Below, piece by piece: positions 24,623 to 28,328 of a stretch of 28,328 nucleotides of DNA. The DNA comes from Candidatus Methanomethylicia archaeon. GTDB taxonomy: Archaea; Thermoproteota; Methanomethylicia; Culexarchaeales; Culexarchaeaceae. Both the position numbers and the translations under genes were made by a program. The stretch lies in assembly GCA_038825625.1 (NCBI GenBank), contig JAWBOZ010000002.1:1-28328 (forward strand), in the 5' to 3' direction. The notes below the pieces were generated by a model. That model searched no databases. It was not told where the DNA came from and was given only the letters and a program-made list of their open reading frames with translations. How positions within the stretch are numbered: position 1 is the stretch's first letter; each line of letters opens with the position of its first letter.

Positions 24623-26683
24623 CTAAGTTGGCATTACGTATCCCGGTCTTGCCTCAAATAGTATTCCTTCCTTTAGTAATTTTTCAATTATTTCCAGTGT
24701 TGTATTTTTTGGTATTTCTTGTTCTCTCTCTATATCTTCTGCAATGAAATCCTTTCTTAAAGGTCCGCCCACCTCTTTAACTTTACTTCTAATATATTCC
24801 ATTATTATATTCATTCTATCTCTTTGAGACTTCGGTTTTCCTGGGAGTAGTGTATCTAGGTCTATGGTCTTTGTTTCCACATCATATGCAGTTGTTTCTA
24901 AAACGTAGTTCATTAATTTTATTGCAGCATCAGCATCTTCCTCGGTTGCTACGTCTTTTAGGGACATTTTGGCTCTTGCTTCCGTCATTCTAACTAGGGC
25001 CTCCAATTGCCTTGGTGTTATTGGTATACTTCCTGATTCTTTGCCATACTTTCTCATTTCAACGTAATATCTCTTTATCCTTTCCAGAGCTTCATCAGAT
25101 ATCCTTGGTTTAACATTTTTCCTCATATATGCTATATATTTTCTCAGCAATTCTGGTTCTATTGGTGGTGCTGTCACATAACCTTTTATTTGATGTAATT
25201 TTAATATGTGTTCACTCATCTTACTATCTCTCTCCTCATCCGGTAAATCCTTTATTGGGAAAACTAAATCAAATCTTGAGAGTATAGTTATTGGTAAATT
25301 CACATTTTCAGTTATTGATTTTTGTTCCACAAATCTTCCAAGTGTTGGGTTTGCAGAAGCAAGTATTGATGCTCTTGCATTTAACGTTGCAACTATTCCT
25401 GCCTTAGCTATACTTACCGTTTGTTGCTCCATAACTTCATGCATAGCAACTCTATCTTCACTCCTCATTTTATCTATTTCATCCACGCAGGCTATTCCTC
25501 CATCCGCTAATACCAATGCCCCCGCTTCTAAATACCAATCTCCTGTGGATCTATCCTTTACAACAGCAGCTGTTAATCCAGCTGCTGTAGAACCTTTTCC
25601 AGATGTATATATCCCCCTTGGCGCTATTCTTGCTACATATTGTAATAATTGGCTTTTAGCAGTTCCTGGATCTCCAACCAATAGTATATTCATGTCTCCC
25701 CTTATTCTAACACCATCTGGAAGTATTTTCGGTACCCCCCCAAAAAGTAGGTATGCTATCCCCTCCTTTATCTCCCTATAACCATATATTGATGGTGCTA
25801 TGGACTGTATGATCTTTTCATGTATCATAGGGTCCTTAGCCATCTTCTTTATCTTCTCTTCATCTTCTGATGTTATTTCTATTTCTTCCAATCCCTTTTC
25901 GGATAGTTCTATATTATTTACTTCCATTTCCGGTCTAAACGTTGTAGTTAATCCAGTGGCTGAGTACTCTCTAACTGACCTTACCACCCCTACCAATATT
26001 ACTCTATCACCAGGTCTCGCTATATCCACAAGGTCTTCTCTTGCTATTGCTTCTATGGATCTTGGAAGTTGTGCTGGAGGTAATTCCTCAGGTCTTTCTT
26101 GCACTGTTAATCTCTGCCAATCTATAAATTCCGATTCCTCTGGAATTAATCTAAATGATGCTTTCCCTCTACAATGTGAACATTTCTCTGGTGGGTTTAT
26201 TCTCTCATTAGGGCTGCTTGCCTCTACATATGTTATGCCAGCACATTTTTCACATCTATATGCTCCCCTTATTATTTGTTGTTTTATTGATGAAACTCTT
26301 GTTAGGATACCCTCAATCATTATTAATTTGCCTATCTTATCAGATTTTATCCTTCTTATTGGAGTTACCTCCGGCAATTTCCTGAACCTTGCTGAAAATC
26401 TTTTAATTTTCCTAGCATAACTTATGTTTATTGTGCTTAATGCATCTTTTATAGCATTTGAAGCTGCTTCAATAACTTTTAATGGTTGTTCAATCAATTG
26501 TTCTGCAAGTTGAGGGTCGTATTCCATTAGATCATCAAAATTTATTGTTATATATTTTTGTCCTGTAACAACCATTTGACTCAACATCTTTCTATAATAA
26601 TAGTCTCCGGTAACTGTTTTGAATGATTTAAAGAAGTCCACGAATCTTTCTCTTAGGTCTGCTTCCAATAACTCTATACTCAT
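24623..26683 (-). CDS. mcm: Replicative helicase MCM
   Basis: C4 Zn finger (CEKC...CSHC), FIDWQRLTVQERPEE, Walker A GDPGTAKSQLL, SGKGSTAAGLTAAV, LEAGALVLAD, DEIDKM, arginine finger ILSRFDL, TPRQLEALVR. 686 aa, no intein. Confidence 0.99.
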   Translation of the reverse strand: MSIELLEADLRERFVDFFKSFKTVTGDYYYRKMLSQMVVTGQKYITINFDDLMEYDPQLAEQLIEQPLKVIEAASNAIKDALSTINISYARKIKRFSARFRKLPEVTPIRRIKSDKIGKLIMIEGILTRVSSIKQQIIRGAYRCEKCAGITYVEASSPNERINPPEKCSHCRGKASFRLIPEESEFIDWQRLTVQERPEELPPAQLPRSIEAIAREDLVDIARPGDRVILVGVVRSVREYSATGLTTTFRPEMEVNNIELSEKGLEEIEITSEDEEKIKKMAKDPMIHEKIIQSIAPSIYGYREIKEGIAYLLFGGVPKILPDGVRIRGDMNILLVGDPGTAKSQLLQYVARIAPRGIYTSGKGSTAAGLTAAVVKDRSTGDWYLEAGALVLADGGIACVDEIDKMRSEDRVAMHEVMEQQTVSIAKAGIVATLNARASILASANPTLGRFVEQKSITENVNLPITILSRFDLVFPIKDLPDEERDSKMSEHILKLHQIKGYVTAPPIEPELLRKYIAYMRKNVKPRISDEALERIKRYYVEMRKYGKESGSIPITPRQLEALVRMTEARAKMSLKDVATEEDADAAIKLMNYVLETTAYDVETKTIDLDTLLPGKPKSQRDRMNIIMEYIRSKVKEVGGPLRKDFIAEDIEREQEIPKNTTLEIIEKLLKEGILFEARPGYVMPT

Positions 26684-27237
26684 ACTTCCTCATCCCAGCT
26701 AGTCATCTGCTCTCTCCAAGTTAACAATATCCATTTAATTTCCTTAAGTAATATTCTTTCCTCTACAGTTATATTTTCCATTATTGTTGGCGGTATAGAT
26801 TCTGTTAATGCTAATTGTATTATCTTCTGCATTCTACAATTTATTATATCTGTCAATGTATCTTCATATCTTTTCTTATCTTGAAGTTTTTCCGGTGTAG
26901 GTGACTTCTTTATCTCTTCATTTATTTTTTGCATTATCCTTTTTGCTTTTGCATAAAATTGAGGGTCCATTTTTGTTAGACTTGTCTCTCTAGATTCCTT
27001 CCAAAGTATCTTTCTAAGATCCTTTACACTTATATCTTCAACCCCTTTCACCTCTATAACACCTTGCTCTAACATTTTATTTGAAAGCCATCTAGGTATT
27101 TGTATTTCCATTCCTTCGCTATCTAATCCAATCTTTATGCCTCCAACCTCTATTGGTGGTTTAACCTTCTTCACAGTAGCTTTTACAAAATCTATTTCTG
27201 ACATTAATTGCGATATCTTTGATAAAATCTTAAGCAT
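26680..27237 (-). CDS. gins23: GINS complex subunit (Gins23/Psf2-like)
   Basis: B-domain-first layout (IQIPRWLS..ML..GVIE) then a helical A domain (DPQFY; INCRMQKIIQLA; TVEERILL). 4-nt overlap with mcm, matching the known gins23-mcm synteny. GGTGA RBS. Confidence 0.85.
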   Translation of the reverse strand: MLKILSKISQLMSEIDFVKATVKKVKPPIEVGGIKIGLDSEGMEIQIPRWLSNKMLEQGVIEVKGVEDISVKDLRKILWKESRETSLTKMDPQFYAKAKRIMQKINEEIKKSPTPEKLQDKKRYEDTLTDIINCRMQKIIQLALTESIPPTIMENITVEERILLKEIKWILLTWREQMTSWDEEV

Positions 27238-27296
27238 TAAATTTCACCAACACTTTCCTTTTTGTTTTCCTACATATTATTTTTTCCCATCCTGTT

Positions 27297-27334
27297 AAGT
27301 TATAATTAACTTTAATATTTACCCTTAAATATTA
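27297..27334. promoter_or_regulatory. Divergent gins23/rfcS promoter containing two abutting inverted repeats
   Basis: AAGTTA-TAAT-TAACTT (27297-27312) and TAATATTTA-CCCT-TAAATATTA (27313-27334). The second contains TATA-like TTAAATA 21-27 nt upstream of the rfcS ATG. Confidence 0.4.
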
Positions 27335-27351
27335 TGATTTTGGTGCTATAG

Positions 27352-28328
27352 ATGTGCTCTGAATTGTTCATGTTGTGGACCGAGAAATATAGACCTAAAA
27401 CTTTAGATGAAGTTGTAAATCAAGGGGATATTGTACCAAGATTAAAGAGCTTTGTTTATAGTAAAAATGTTCCCCACATGTTGTTTGCAGGCCCTCCTGG
27501 TAGTGGTAAAACCACTGTGGCTTTGGCTTTAGCCCACGATCTATATGGAACTAACTGGAGGCAAAATGTTTTAGAACTTAATGCTTCTGATGAACGTGGC
27601 ATTCAGACTGTTAGAGAAAGGGTTAAGGACTATGCCAGAACCATGCCTATTGGCGATGTTCCATTTAAAATAATTATCTTAGATGAAGCTGATAATATGA
27701 CTGCTGATGCTCAACAAGCATTAAGGAGAATAATGGAACTTTACACTAGAACTTGCAGATTCATCCTAATAGCCAATTATTCTAGTAAAATTATTGAACC
27801 TATACAATCTAGATGTGCAGTTTTTAGATTTCAACCTTTATCTGATGAGGATATTGCCGCCAGATTAAAATATATTGCCAAATATGAAAATGTTAATTTA
27901 ACCTCTGAGGGTCTTGAAGCCATATTATATGTGGCTGAGGGTGACATGAGGAGAGCTATAAATACTTTACAAGCTGCAGCTGCATTAGGAACGGTTGATG
28001 AAGCCTCAGTTTATAGAGTTGTAGGTAAAGCCAGCCCTGTGGAGATTAAGGAGTTGATGGCTATGGCATTAAAGGGAGACTTCATTAATGCTAGAAATAA
28101 GCTTAGGGAATTGATGATAAATTATGGTTTATCAGGTGTAGATATTATTAAGCAGATGCATAGGGAAGTATTCACTTTAGATATCCCGGAGAAGATTAAA
28201 GTATCTTTAGCTGACAAGATCGGGGAAGTTAATTTTAGAATGGTTGAAGGTGGCGATGAGGAAATACAATTAAGCTATCTATTAGCATGCTTTTCAATGT
28301 ATGGAGGAGAGTTGAGGGGTAACAAATG
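27352..28328 (+). CDS. rfcS: Replication factor C small subunit (stop codon just beyond the window edge)
   Basis: Absent from the ORF track because it has no stop in the window. [92 protein letters not shown]; ends ...GELRGNK-TG. No intein. Confidence 0.97.
   Translation, partial: MCSELFMLWTEKYRPKTLDEVVNQGDIVPRLKSFVYSKNVPHMLFAGPPGSGKTTVALALAHDLYGTNWRQNVLELNASDERGIQTVRERVKDYARTMPIGDVPFKIIILDEADNMTADAQQALRRIMELYTRTCRFILIANYSSKIIEPIQSRCAVFRFQPLSDEDIAARLKYIAKYENVNLTSEGLEAILYVAEGDMRRAINTLQAAAALGTVDEASVYRVVGKASPVEIKELMAMALKGDFINARNKLRELMINYGLSGVDIIKQMHREVFTLDIPEKIKVSLADKIGEVNFRMVEGGDEEIQLSYLLACFSMYGGELRGNK

Noticed and set aside
2247-26420. About 25 short antisense or overlapping ORFs in the track (e.g. 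2247-2450, 7002-7541, 10162-10479, 11186-11497, 22570-23235, 25206-25781, 25800-26420)
   Set aside because: All lie opposite or within well-supported genes, are Ser/Ile/Phe-rich mirror images of purine-rich coding strands, and show no recognisable motifs.
27238-27351. Replication origin beside the replication genes
   Set aside because: Only 114 nt, no ORB-like repeat with a G-string, and no cdc6/orc1 gene in the window.
22461-28328. Inteins in MCM, RFC-S or Hel308 (common insertion hosts)
   Set aside because: Lengths are normal and the Walker motifs are uninterrupted.
1-28328. CRISPR arrays, IS elements or nucleotide-level tandem repeats
   Set aside because: No regularly spaced direct repeats, terminal inverted repeats flanking a transposase, or cas-like ORFs were seen on reading; a formal repeat scan was not run.

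Overview
AT-rich archaeal chromosome segment, probably from a TACK/Thermoproteota-type lineage (inferred from gene content only). From left to right it contains: (i) a G+C-richer 5' end with a partial HdrA-N-terminal-like protein and a ferredoxin; (ii) prs followed by a tRNA-maturation cluster (trm11, rnz, UPF0201, UPF0200, thpR, cca) and an intronless tRNA-Pro(GGG); (iii) a Zn-dependent deacetylase-pncB pair; (iv) a ~13 kb type IV pilus (T4P)-like region; (v) the replication block gins23-mcm-hel308 divergent from rfcS, which runs off the right edge. The T4P-like region has a nine-gene overlapping operon (ATPase, TadC-like platform, ~1020-aa Ig-repeat secreted protein, six pilin-like proteins) and a divergent arm (long coiled-coil protein, winged-helix/tubby-like fusion, stand-alone pilin). 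The most notable points are this uncharacterised pilus system, whose pilin-like proteins mostly lack the canonical K/R-G prepilin leader, two genes (hel308, UPF0200) that can only be complete if they start at ATT, and apparent strand-specific codon usage. No CRISPR array, transposase, integrase or intein was seen. All family assignments come from motif recognition by eye; no database search was run.
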